A stretch of 64,000 bases of DNA, from NCBI GenBank assembly GCA_900540855.1, contig UQHK01000007.1, positions 20,302 to 84,301 on the forward strand, written 5' to 3'. Positions 30,552-39,673 of this stretch are shown here, piece by piece. How positions within the stretch are numbered: position 1 is the first letter of the stretch; each line of letters begins with the position of its first letter. The notes below the pieces were generated by a model that was not told the DNA's origin, did not search any database, and was given only the letters and a program-made list of their open reading frames with translations. The translations under genes were made by a program, and so were the position numbers. Origin of the DNA: an uncultured Collinsella sp. (GTDB taxonomy: Bacteria > Actinomycetota > Coriobacteriia > Coriobacteriales > Coriobacteriaceae).

Positions 30552-32411
30552 ATGAACCCGTATACTTCTTCCGGTTCGGTCGCCACGATGACGGCCAACG
30601 TGTCCGGCAACGATAGCCTCAACGACCTGGGTGACGGTCCGCGCCAGCCCGGCGATCCCGAGCGCTACCCCGTGGGCGCGGTAACTCGCCGCCTGCTGGG
30701 CTACGTCCGTCCGCATCGCATTTCGTTTACGGCGTCGTTTGTGAGCGCCGCCATCTCGGTGATCTTGCAACTCTATACGCCCATCCTTATCGGCGAGGGC
30801 ATCGACCTCATCGTTGCCGCCGGGCGGGTGGACTTTGACGCGCTGCTGCCGCTCGTCACCAAGCTCGCGATTGTCGTGGTAGGTGCCGCGGCCTTCCAGT
30901 GGCTGCAGGGCTACTGCGTCAACCGTCTGTCCTACGAGACGGTGCGCGACATGCGCGTGGAGGCGAGCGACAAGCTCAGCCGCATGCCGCTCAGCTTTAT
31001 CGACAGTCATGCCCACGGCGACCTTATGAGCCGTGTGGTCAACGATGTCGACCAGGTGGGCGACGGCCTGCTGCAGGGCTTTACGCAGCTCTTTACCGGC
31101 GTCATCACCATCGTGGGCACGCTCGCGTTTATGCTCTCCATTAACCTGGCCATGACGCTCGTGGTGGTGCTCGTCACGCCGCTTTCCATCTTTGCAGCCG
31201 GCGCCATCGCCAAGCTTTCCAACAAGAGCTTTACGGCACAGCAGCGCATCCAAGGCCAGCTTGGCGGTCATATTGAGGAGTACGTGGGCGAGCAAAAGCT
31301 CGTGGACGCCTTCGCCTACGGCCCGCACGCTCAACAGCGCTTCGATGTCCTCAACGCCGAGCTCTATACGGCGGGCGAGCGCGCGCAGTTTATGGGTTCG
31401 CTTTCTAACCCCGGCACGCGCTTTATCAATAACATCATCTACGCCGTGGTCGCCGTGATCGGCTGCGCGGGCGTGATCACGGGCGTGCCTGCGGCGCTCA
31501 CGGTGGGCGGCGTGCAGATCTTCCTGTCCTACGCTAACCAGTACACTAAGCCGTTCAACGAGGTCACGAACGTCATCACGCAAATCCAGACCGCGTACGC
31601 CTCGGCGCGCCGCATGTTCGCGTTGCTCGATGCGCGCGAGCAGGAGCCCGACGCGGCGGATGCCGTGGAGCTTGCCGCCCCGCAGGGCGAGGTGACCTTT
31701 GAACACGTGGACTTTAGCTATGTGCCCGACCGCAAACTGCTGCAGGATATCTGCATCGATGCCAAGCCCGGTACGCGCTTTGCCCTCGTCGGCCCCACGG
31801 GCTGTGGCAAGACGACGCTCATCAACCTGCTGCTGCGCTTTTACGATATCGATGCTGGGCGCATCGCGGTCGATGGTCGCTCCTCGCGTGACTACACGCG
31901 TGCGAGCCTGCGCCGCGCCTTTGGCATGGTGCTGCAGGACACCTGGCTGTTCGAGGGCACGGTGGCCGAAAACATTGCCTACGGTTGCCCCGATGCCACG
32001 CGCGAGCAGATTGTCGAGGCCGCCAAGCGCGCTCATGCGCACAAGTTTATCGTGCAGCTGCCAGGCGGCTACGATACGGTGATCGGCGAGGACGGCGGCA
32101 CGTTTAGCCAGGGTCAAAAACAGTTGCTGTGCATCGCGCGCGTCATGCTCACCGATCCGGCGATTCTGCTGCTGGACGAGGCAACGTCGAGCATCGATAC
32201 GCGTACCGAGCTGCAGGTGCAGGCGGCATTCGACGAGCTCATGGCCGGCCGCACGAGCTTTGTCGTGGCACACCGCCTGTCGACGATTCGCAACGCCGAT
32301 TGCATCCTGGTAATGCGCGATGGCGAGATTATCGAGCGCGGCACGCACGATGAACTGCTCGCGGCAGGCGGCTTCTACGCCGAGCTCTACCGCAGCCAAT
32401 TCGCCCAGTGA
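30552..32411 (+). CDS. ABC transporter permease/ATP-binding protein (heterodimer subunit B)
   Basis: GPTGCGKTT, FSQGQKQ and ILLLDEATSSID motifs. Start is separated from the upstream stop by one base. Confidence 0.9.
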   Translation: MNPYTSSGSVATMTANVSGNDSLNDLGDGPRQPGDPERYPVGAVTRRLLGYVRPHRISFTASFVSAAISVILQLYTPILIGEGIDLIVAAGRVDFDALLPLVTKLAIVVVGAAAFQWLQGYCVNRLSYETVRDMRVEASDKLSRMPLSFIDSHAHGDLMSRVVNDVDQVGDGLLQGFTQLFTGVITIVGTLAFMLSINLAMTLVVVLVTPLSIFAAGAIAKLSNKSFTAQQRIQGQLGGHIEEYVGEQKLVDAFAYGPHAQQRFDVLNAELYTAGERAQFMGSLSNPGTRFINNIIYAVVAVIGCAGVITGVPAALTVGGVQIFLSYANQYTKPFNEVTNVITQIQTAYASARRMFALLDAREQEPDAADAVELAAPQGEVTFEHVDFSYVPDRKLLQDICIDAKPGTRFALVGPTGCGKTTLINLLLRFYDIDAGRIAVDGRSSRDYTRASLRRAFGMVLQDTWLFEGTVAENIAYGCPDATREQIVEAAKRAHAHKFIVQLPGGYDTVIGEDGGTFSQGQKQLLCIARVMLTDPAILLLDEATSSIDTRTELQVQAAFDELMAGRTSFVVAHRLSTIRNADCILVMRDGEIIERGTHDELLAAGGFYAELYRSQFAQ

Positions 32412-32538
32412 GGAAGCCCGTGGGGCAAATTAATCAATCGACAGACGGTGGTTTACATCTGTCACGTTAGTACTAAGATATTCATCTAATAAATTGCATT
32501 AGTGGCTTTAATTTTGGGGGAAACGAGGCAACGTGACT

Positions 32539-33090
32539 ATGACGTGCTCTTTGGTGGTTAACAGCAAGAGCGGTAATACCAGGATGGTTTCGGGCGCGAT
32601 CAAGCGCGCTCTGCAGGCTGCGGGCGTTGAGTTTGTCCATGCCGCGGCGTTGAGCGACGATGCGGATGCAGATCAGGTTGCGCTCGAGGCGCAGGGCGCC
32701 TGCGCGGCCGACACGGTGCTCGTCGGTTTTTGGTGCGACAAGGGCGCGTGCACGCCTTCGGTCGCGGCGTTGCTCTCTGCCTTGCACGGCAAGCGCGTGT
32801 TCCTGTTTGGCACCTGCGGCTTTGGGGCCGACCAGAGCTATTACCAGCAGATTGTCGACCGCGTAACTTCCAATCTGGCCGAGGATGCCGAGCTTGCGGG
32901 CTGGGCGATGTGCCAGGGCAAGATGGGTCCCGCGGTTAAGCAGCGCTATGAGGCAATGCTCGAACAAGATCCCGACAACGCCCGATTTAAGATGCTGCTC
33001 GACAACTGGGTTGCCGCGAAGGACCATCCCACCAAGGAAGATATGGATAACATGGCGGCGGCGGCCAAGAAGGCCGTGCTGGGAGAGTAG
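32539..33090 (+). CDS. flavodoxin-family protein
   Basis: NSKSGNT phosphate-binding loop at the N-terminus. 183 aa. Confidence 0.7.
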   Translation: MTCSLVVNSKSGNTRMVSGAIKRALQAAGVEFVHAAALSDDADADQVALEAQGACAADTVLVGFWCDKGACTPSVAALLSALHGKRVFLFGTCGFGADQSYYQQIVDRVTSNLAEDAELAGWAMCQGKMGPAVKQRYEAMLEQDPDNARFKMLLDNWVAAKDHPTKEDMDNMAAAAKKAVLGE

Positions 33091-33125
33091 GCGTGTTGCC
33101 TCGCGCTCGAGATAACACAAACGTG

Positions 33126-33154
33126 AAAGCCTCGAAATTCTCGAGGCTTTTTTC
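33126..33154 (+). terminator. rho-independent terminator
   Basis: aagcctcga-aattc-tcgaggctttttt. Confidence 0.75.
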
Positions 33155-33227
33155 GTGACACGAGGGCGCCCCTTTATTGATGGAAGGCCTAATAAGCTGA
33201 TTGTTCTATGCCCGGATGTGTGCGGAG

Positions 33228-33495
33228 TGGGATGGGATTTCCGGATGGGTGGGGATTCGGAAAATGCGTCCCGGAATTTGCCTTTGGAATGGGATGCGGT
33301 TTCCCGTTGAGGGGCTCTGTGGAAACCGCATCCCAGTATTCGGCCGAGAAATGGGATGCCGTTTCCGGTTGAGGGCCTTGGCGGAAAGTGCGACCCGGAA
33401 TTTGTAGTCGGAGTGGGATGTGGTTTCCCAACGGGACCGTAAGCGGAAACTCCATCCCATTCCGGACGTGAATTCTGGGATACGGCTTCCGGATG
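33228..33495. repeat. tandem array of five imperfect hairpin units, about 62-bp period: GGGATGnnGTTTCC-N16-GGAAAnnnCATCCC
   Basis: Units start at 33228, 33290, 33351, 33414 and 33477. Each forms a stem of about 14 bp. Sits in the convergent intergenic region between the flavodoxin and LTA-synthase genes. Confidence 0.7.
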
Positions 33496-33496
33496 C

Positions 33497-33523
33497 AAAA
33501 AAGGCCACATGACGTGGCCTTCA
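33497..33523 (-). terminator. rho-independent terminator (minus strand)
   Basis: Minus-strand RNA reads gaaggccac-gtcat-gtggccttttttg. Confidence 0.6.
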
Positions 33524-33577
33524 ACTTATATATGTTCAGCGGATGCCCCCATGACAAGCCGTGCTCCAGCAACAGGG

Positions 33578-33707
33578 CGTCTGTCCGGGCGGAGGCATAT
33601 AAGGTTCATCGCGAGTTCCGCACGCAAAGGGGGCCACTTAATGTGGCCCCCGTCTTGCGCAGGACTGTCCGAGCAGGGAACCTTATATGCCTCCGCCCGG
33701 ACAGACG
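33578..33707. repeat. long perfect inverted repeat (29-bp arms, 72-nt spacer with an internal gggggccac..gtggccccc hairpin) in the 3' region of the LTA-synthase gene
   Basis: cgtctgtccgggcggaggcatataaggtt ... aaccttatatgcctccgcccggacagacg. Confidence 0.8.
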
Positions 33708-33734
33708 TTTCTGTTATGAACTCGCAGCTAGTCG

Positions 33735-36035
33735 CTACTTGATCTTGGTCGTACCCGGTGCCAGGTTGGGGTCGGTCTCGTTGGCCTCGGTCTGGAAGTG
33801 CTTGGTGTACACGTTCTTGCCGTCGCGGAACATCTCGTAGTACTGCATCTTGGCGTAATCCTCGCGCGCCTTGGTGGCGGCTGCGGCAGCGGCGTCGTCA
33901 CCGGTGACGTTGGAGGAGAGCGCCCAGCGCAGGCTGGCGTCCTCGTAGCCCACGGAGTTGATGGCGGGTAGCGACTCGCGCAGCGTCATGTGCGCCTTCT
34001 GGTAGTCGGTCAGCGGTGCGCCGATCAGCTGCATAAGCTGGGTGGACAGGTAGTTGGTAGACAAGTCGTCAACCTCGCTCATCTGGTCGCAGCCGGCAAC
34101 GTCGTAGTTGGCCCAGATGATGTAGTCGGTCTGCCACAGACGCTCCTGATGCGTAGCGTCGTCCTCGCCGGTAAACCACTTGTCATTGAACTTGGACGGG
34201 AAGAACGGCTGATGGTCGCCCCAGAACACCACGACCACCTTGCGGTCGAGCTTGCTCAGGGCGTTGAGGAAGTAGCGCAGCGCCTGGTCGGACTGCTCGA
34301 TGCACGAGACGTACTCGTCGACATCGGACAGCGTGCCATCCTCGACGGTCTTGGCGTCCAGGTCGGTCGTGTCGATGTTCAGGTGCATCTGCTTGTCGAT
34401 CGGCACCAGACCCGTGTCGTAGCCCGAGTGGTTCTGCATGGTCACGTCGAAGATAAACTGCGGATCGGCGTTCTGATCGAGCAGCTCCAGAATCTTGTCG
34501 TAGGTAGCCTGGTCGGTCACCATGCCGCGCAGGGTATCGGCGCCCTGGAAATCGTTGATGGACAGGAACTGGTCAAAGCCAAAGTCCTTATAGACGTTCT
34601 CGCGGTTCCAGTTGGTGGCGTGGTTGGGGTGCATGGCCGTGGTGGAATAGCCGAGCGATTTGAACTGCTCTGCCAGGTTCCCGGTCGTTTCCATGTTGTA
34701 GATGGTGTAGGGGTACACGCCCGAACCCAGGTTGGCCATGGAGTTGCCGGTCATAAACTCAAACTCGGTATTGGCCGTGCCGCCGCCGTAGGCGCTCACG
34801 TAGAGCTTGCCGCGGCTGAGGCAGTTGGACAGGTTCTTAAAGTACTGCGGGCCCTCGTAGCCGGCGCGCATGTTCTGGTAGATGGACAGGTCCGAGAAGG
34901 TCTCGTTCATGATGGCGATGACCGTGGGCTTCTCGCTGTCGAATTGCTCCTTTGCGGCGGCGCGCTCGTCGCTCTTGGCCGCGTCGGACTTGTCGTAGGC
35001 CTTGGCGTACTTTTTGAGCGTGGCCTTGGCATCGTCGACGGAGTAGTCGGCGGGTTTGGGCGGCTTGATGGACTGCGCCGCACTAATAAAGGCAGGCAGG
35101 TAGCCCTCGCGCCAGTAGCTCTCGAGCGGACGCCAGGTGTAGACGGTGATGCCGAGAGTGTTGTAGTAGTCGATGAGCGTGACATGCGCGGTCACGCCGC
35201 CCAGGCACAGCACTGCCACGAGCAGGTTGGTGAGCAGCATGCGCTTGGCGTTGGCGGCGCCCTTCTGACGGTGCGGTGCCACCAGGCCGGCGTACTCGCA
35301 CAGCAGCATGGCGATGGCGGTAAAGCCCATGGACAGCACGCAGAACAGCGAGATCGAGAAGGTGTAGCCGTTGCCGGCGACCGCGGCGGCGGTGGAGATG
35401 GCCGAAAGGTCGCCCGGCTGGATGGGCATGGATTTAAACGTGATGACGAAGAACTCGGCAATGCCCAGGACAAAGAGGGCAAAGGCCAGGACCGCGGGAG
35501 CTGCGCCGTGGCGCTGGAATAGGAAGAACAGGCCGGTCATGAGCACGGTGATGATGGCCCACTCGAGCAGGATGCACAGGGGGTAGACCCAGGTAAAGTC
35601 GTGGTTGGACGAGACCTCCATGCCCAGCAGCACAAAGACGCCGGCAAGCAGCAGGCACAAGACGGCGGCGACGAGCGGGCGGCCCACAAAGGCACCGCGC
35701 AGGCGTGCGAGCTTGCCGGTGGGGGCGGGGGCGTCGGCCGAGGCGAACGCAAAGACGCGCGGGGCGATGCGGTCGCGGGCGATGCTGGCCCAAGCGCAGC
35801 CGGTGAGGATGGCGTTGGTCAGGATGAGCATCACAAAGGCGAGCGGCTCGTTTTGGGCGACGAGGCCAATAGCGCCCCAGACGGTCAAAAAGAGCTGGAA
35901 CAGGCCGAAGACGACGCTCCACCCAAGAGCGCTTTTGGCAACGGTGCCCGACTTTGCGCAAATGGCCTTGGCCTCGCGCAAGACAAGGTAGACGGTCGCC
36001 GCAAGACCGACGAGCGAGATGGCGGCAGCGAACAT
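33735..36035 (-). CDS. LTA synthase-family protein (polytopic membrane domain plus extracellular sulfatase-like domain)
   Basis: About 766 aa. Start at MFAAAISL is preceded by the RBS gaggag. The N-terminal half carries many TM helices; the C-terminal half is an alkaline-phosphatase/sulfatase-like domain. Confidence 0.75.
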   Translation of the reverse strand: MFAAAISLVGLAATVYLVLREAKAICAKSGTVAKSALGWSVVFGLFQLFLTVWGAIGLVAQNEPLAFVMLILTNAILTGCAWASIARDRIAPRVFAFASADAPAPTGKLARLRGAFVGRPLVAAVLCLLLAGVFVLLGMEVSSNHDFTWVYPLCILLEWAIITVLMTGLFFLFQRHGAAPAVLAFALFVLGIAEFFVITFKSMPIQPGDLSAISTAAAVAGNGYTFSISLFCVLSMGFTAIAMLLCEYAGLVAPHRQKGAANAKRMLLTNLLVAVLCLGGVTAHVTLIDYYNTLGITVYTWRPLESYWREGYLPAFISAAQSIKPPKPADYSVDDAKATLKKYAKAYDKSDAAKSDERAAAKEQFDSEKPTVIAIMNETFSDLSIYQNMRAGYEGPQYFKNLSNCLSRGKLYVSAYGGGTANTEFEFMTGNSMANLGSGVYPYTIYNMETTGNLAEQFKSLGYSTTAMHPNHATNWNRENVYKDFGFDQFLSINDFQGADTLRGMVTDQATYDKILELLDQNADPQFIFDVTMQNHSGYDTGLVPIDKQMHLNIDTTDLDAKTVEDGTLSDVDEYVSCIEQSDQALRYFLNALSKLDRKVVVVFWGDHQPFFPSKFNDKWFTGEDDATHQERLWQTDYIIWANYDVAGCDQMSEVDDLSTNYLSTQLMQLIGAPLTDYQKAHMTLRESLPAINSVGYEDASLRWALSSNVTGDDAAAAAATKAREDYAKMQYYEMFRDGKNVYTKHFQTEANETDPNLAPGTTKIK

Positions 36036-36248
36036 GCTGAGACTCCTCACAAACTAAAACCTACGAAAGCGGGGATTTACCCGATTGTTACCAAGATATG
36101 CGCAGCAATTGGTGGCTGCGCACACCAACCAGCCATATTAACGCGCGCGTGTGGCGGTGTGGCGCAATGTAGTGGCGACCTGCGCGATAATGGACGGGAA
36201 TTACACGGAAACGTAAAGGCTTCTTAAAGAAATGGCGAGGGTAGGGCG

Positions 36249-37121
36249 ATGAGCGAGCAGGTTTGCGAGGCGGGCATGGGCGGCGACGGAGCTGCGGGCG
36301 TGGATACGTACGGCTATCCGGTCGAGACTACGGGCAACGCGGTACTGGACATTTTGGAGCACCGCTCGTCCACGCGCGCTTTTGCGCGCGATGACAACGA
36401 CCGTCCCGTGGCGGTGACCGACGAGCAGCGGGCGGCGGTTTTGCATGCGGCGAGTCGCGCACCGTCGGCGGGCGCCATGATGATGTATTCCATCGTGAGC
36501 ATTCGCGAGCAGGCTACGCTGGACCGTCTGGCCGACCTGTGCGATCACCAGCCCATGATCGCCAAGGCGCCCTGGGCACTTATATTTGTGGTCGATTATG
36601 CCAAGTGGATCGATCTGTTTGAGCACGTGGGCTGCTTTGAACCCGAGTTTGTCGAGCGCATGGGCAAGGCGCCCCGCCGCGCGCCGGGTTTGGGCGACTT
36701 TGCCATCGCGGCGCAGGATGCCGTGATCGCCGCTCAAAACGCCGTGGTCGCCGCCGAGGCCCTGGGGCTGGGGAGCTGCTATATCGGCGATATCGTCGAG
36801 AACGCCGAGGAAGTTGCCGCACTGCTGGACTTGCCTGCCTATACCATGCCGCTGTCGATGCTCATCATCGGCACGCCCCGTAAGGAGCGCCCGGCAATCG
36901 CGCATCCCGTGGTGAACCTGGTGCACGAGGAGCGTTATTGTCGCGCCGACGCCGCGACGATGGATGCGCAGGTGGCCGAGATGGATGCGATGTTTCGCCC
37001 GCACGCCCGCGAGGTGGGCGAGCGCGTCATCGACATCTACACCCGTAAGCACACGAGCCCCTTTATGGCCGAGATGAGCCGCTCTATGGAGTGGTGGTTC
37101 AAAAACTGGCTCGGAAAATGA
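36249..37121 (+). CDS. nitroreductase family protein
   Basis: VLDILEHRSSTRAF N-terminal motif and a GLGSCYIG region. 290 aa. Confidence 0.75.
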   Translation: MSEQVCEAGMGGDGAAGVDTYGYPVETTGNAVLDILEHRSSTRAFARDDNDRPVAVTDEQRAAVLHAASRAPSAGAMMMYSIVSIREQATLDRLADLCDHQPMIAKAPWALIFVVDYAKWIDLFEHVGCFEPEFVERMGKAPRRAPGLGDFAIAAQDAVIAAQNAVVAAEALGLGSCYIGDIVENAEEVAALLDLPAYTMPLSMLIIGTPRKERPAIAHPVVNLVHEERYCRADAATMDAQVAEMDAMFRPHAREVGERVIDIYTRKHTSPFMAEMSRSMEWWFKNWLGK

Positions 37122-37123
37122 CG

Positions 37124-37157
37124 AATGTGACAAAGGGGGCGTCCCTTTGTCACATTC
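37124..37157 (+). terminator. stem-loop (no U-tract); member of the acaaaggg/ccctttgt hairpin family
   Basis: gaatgtgacaaagggggcgtccctttgtcacattc. Related hairpins at 21029-21057, 39614-39642, 54785-54815 and 9205-9235. Confidence 0.5.
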
Positions 37158-37280
37158 CATATCGCCGCGGTGGCCTAAAGGCCGCATAAATGTTTATCTA
37201 GCTGGGAAAACGGTGCCATTAAAATATGGGCTGATTACATATAATCCCGTCGAACGTTAAAATTGGGAGGAAACCGGCTT

Positions 37281-39308
37281 ATGGAACAAAAGGCAAAGGA
37301 AGTAGCCTCGCACGCTGCGATTCCTGTGAGCATCTCGGCGATGCTCGTCACGCTGGGCGTGGTGTATGGCGATATCGGCACCAGCCCCATGTATGTAACC
37401 AAGGCGCTCGTTGCCGGCAACGGCGGCATCGGAAGCGTCACGCAGGAGTTCGCGCTCGGCGCGCTCTCCCTTGTCGTGTGGACGGTCACGCTGCTGACGA
37501 CCGTCAAGTACGTGCTGATCTCGCTGCGCGCCGACAACCACGGCGAGGGCGGCATCTTTGCCCTGTACAGCCTGGTCAAGCGCTGCGGCAAGTGGCTCAT
37601 CATCCCCGCCATGCTGGGCGGCGCGGCGCTCCTCGCCGACGGCATCCTGACGCCTGCCGTTACCGTCACCACGGCCATCGAGGGCCTGCGCACCATCCCG
37701 GCGGTCCATGCCGTGCTCGGTGACGACCAGGGTCGTGTCGTCGCCATCACGCTTGCCATCATCATCGCGCTCTTCTTGGTGCAGCGCATCGGCACGGCCA
37801 AGATCGGTCACGCCTTCGGCCCCATCATGACGCTGTGGTTTTTGTTCCTGGGCGGCACGGGCCTGTTCTTTGTCTGCCAGTATCCCGCGGTGCTGCTGTG
37901 CCTCAACCCGTTGCGTGGCATCGCTTTTCTGCTGAGCCCCAACAACCATGCGGGCATCATGATTTTGGGCAGCTGCTTCCTCGCTACCACCGGTGCCGAG
38001 GCGCTCTATTCCGACATGGGCCATGTGGGCCGCGGCAACATCTATGCCACCTGGCCGTTCGTTAAGTGCTGCCTGCTGCTGTCCTACATGGGCCAGGGCG
38101 CGTGGCTTATCAACAACGCCGGCAACCCGGAGCTCATGGGTATCGCCGACCTCAACCCCTTCTACCAGATGCTCGCCCCGGGTCTGCGCCCCTTTGCCGT
38201 CGGCCTTTCCACCGTCGCGGCCATCATCGCCTCGCAGGCGCTCATCACCGGCGCATTCTCGCTGGTGTCCGAGGCCAGCCGCCTGGACCTCATGCCGCAT
38301 ATGCAGGTCTTCTATCCTGCCGAGACCAAGGGCCAGCTCTACATCCCCATGGTCAACAACGTCATGCTCGTGGGCTGCGTCGTCGTGGTGCTGCTGTTCC
38401 AGAACTCGGCGCACATGGAGGCCGCGTACGGCCTGGCCATTACCCTGACCATGATGTGCACGACAATGCTGCTCTTCTTCTATCTGCACGTGGAGCGCAA
38501 TCTCAAGGTCGCGCCGTGGATCTTTGCCGCCTTCTTCCTTTTGCTCGAGGGCTTCTTCTTTGTGAGCTCGCTCACCAAGTTCTTCCACGGTGGCTACTTC
38601 ACCATCCTTATGGCTGCACTCATCATGGGCATCATGGTGTGCTGGTACAACGGTACGGCGGTCGAGCAACGCCAGTTTACGCTGCTGCCGCTGCGCAGCT
38701 ATCTGCCGCAGCTCAAACGCCTGCGCGACGACGATCGCTACGAGCTCATGAGCGACAACATCGTGTACCTGACCAAGGACACCAACACCGACTATATCGA
38801 CCGCGATATCGTCTACTCGATTTTGGATAAGCACCCCAAGCGCGCTCGTGCCTGGTGGTTCGTGAATGTCGAGACCATGGAGGAGCCGCATACCTTTGCC
38901 TACTCGGTCGAGACGTTCGGCACCGACTACGTGTTCCGCGTGCATCTGTATCTGGGCTACAAGATCAACCAGCGCGTCAATGCTTACCTGCGCCAGGTTG
39001 TTCAGGATCTGGCTGCCAGCGGCGAGCTGCCGGCGCAGACGCATGACTACTCGGTCTACAAGGACCCGGGCAACATCGGTACGTTTAAGTTCGTCATGAT
39101 CCGCAAGCTGCTGGCGCCCGAAAGCGACGTGGAGCCCAGCGAGCGTACGGCCATCACGCTCAAGTACATCATCCGCCGTGCTGCCGGCACCCCCGCGCGC
39201 TGGTACGGCCTGGAGAACTCCAACGTGAGCTTTGAGTACGTGCCGCTGTTCACCAAGTTTAAGGCCGTGAGCAAGATGCAGCGCCTGGCTCCCGACGAGC
39301 GCCCGTAG
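37281..39308 (+). CDS. kup: KUP/HAK/KT-family potassium uptake transporter
   Basis: GVVYGDIGTSPMY signature. 675 aa. RBS gggagg upstream. Confidence 0.9.
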   Translation: MEQKAKEVASHAAIPVSISAMLVTLGVVYGDIGTSPMYVTKALVAGNGGIGSVTQEFALGALSLVVWTVTLLTTVKYVLISLRADNHGEGGIFALYSLVKRCGKWLIIPAMLGGAALLADGILTPAVTVTTAIEGLRTIPAVHAVLGDDQGRVVAITLAIIIALFLVQRIGTAKIGHAFGPIMTLWFLFLGGTGLFFVCQYPAVLLCLNPLRGIAFLLSPNNHAGIMILGSCFLATTGAEALYSDMGHVGRGNIYATWPFVKCCLLLSYMGQGAWLINNAGNPELMGIADLNPFYQMLAPGLRPFAVGLSTVAAIIASQALITGAFSLVSEASRLDLMPHMQVFYPAETKGQLYIPMVNNVMLVGCVVVVLLFQNSAHMEAAYGLAITLTMMCTTMLLFFYLHVERNLKVAPWIFAAFFLLLEGFFFVSSLTKFFHGGYFTILMAALIMGIMVCWYNGTAVEQRQFTLLPLRSYLPQLKRLRDDDRYELMSDNIVYLTKDTNTDYIDRDIVYSILDKHPKRARAWWFVNVETMEEPHTFAYSVETFGTDYVFRVHLYLGYKINQRVNAYLRQVVQDLAASGELPAQTHDYSVYKDPGNIGTFKFVMIRKLLAPESDVEPSERTAITLKYIIRRAAGTPARWYGLENSNVSFEYVPLFTKFKAVSKMQRLAPDERP

Positions 39309-39339
39309 GCGCCGACAGGTTGCATGGAGTTGGATTTCG

Positions 39340-39564
39340 ATGGACAAGATTGAGACCGGGGAGGCAAGCATGGATGCAAAGATGCTTGATGGCCGCGAGG
39401 CGGTTGCCGAGATGGTGCGTGAGGCGCGCGCCGATGCTGCCGAAGATCGGTTTTTGACGAACCGTGCCAACATGGACATGGCCGATCGCGTAATTTCGAT
39501 TGTGGCACTGGTATTTGGAGCGGCGTGCGTTTGCGCCCTGCTCGCGCACGTTCTGTTTGTCTAA
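39340..39564 (+). CDS. hypothetical small protein with a C-terminal TM helix
   Basis: 74 aa with a weak RBS (ggag). Conserved placement between kup and the kinase gene cannot be verified here. Confidence 0.3.
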   Translation: MDKIETGEASMDAKMLDGREAVAEMVREARADAAEDRFLTNRANMDMADRVISIVALVFGAACVCALLAHVLFV

Positions 39565-39611
39565 CGATCGCAGGTTGCAAAGGCTATACACTTGGAACCA
39601 CCACGAGGGAG

Positions 39612-39653
39612 AACCACCACAAAGGTGTCTCCTTTGTGGTGGTTTTTGTTTTT
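39612..39653 (+). terminator. rho-independent terminator
   Basis: ccaccacaaagg-tgtct-cctttgtggtgg followed by tttttgtttttg. Confidence 0.75.
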
Positions 39654-39673
39654 GAGAGAGGGGCGGGGCGCTG

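Noticed and set aside
33190-33500. Possible CRISPR array
   Set aside because: The repeated elements are hairpin arms whose sequences vary between units. There are no constant direct repeats with unique spacers and no cas genes in the window. I interpret it as a BIME-like hairpin array.
37122-37280. Possible c-di-AMP (ydaO/kimA-type) riboswitch upstream of kup
   Set aside because: The 160-nt leader lacks the conserved pseudo-two-fold GGGGA/CCCG-rich core by eye. Only a small GGCC hairpin and a promoter-like AT-rich stretch are present. A covariance-model scan would settle this.
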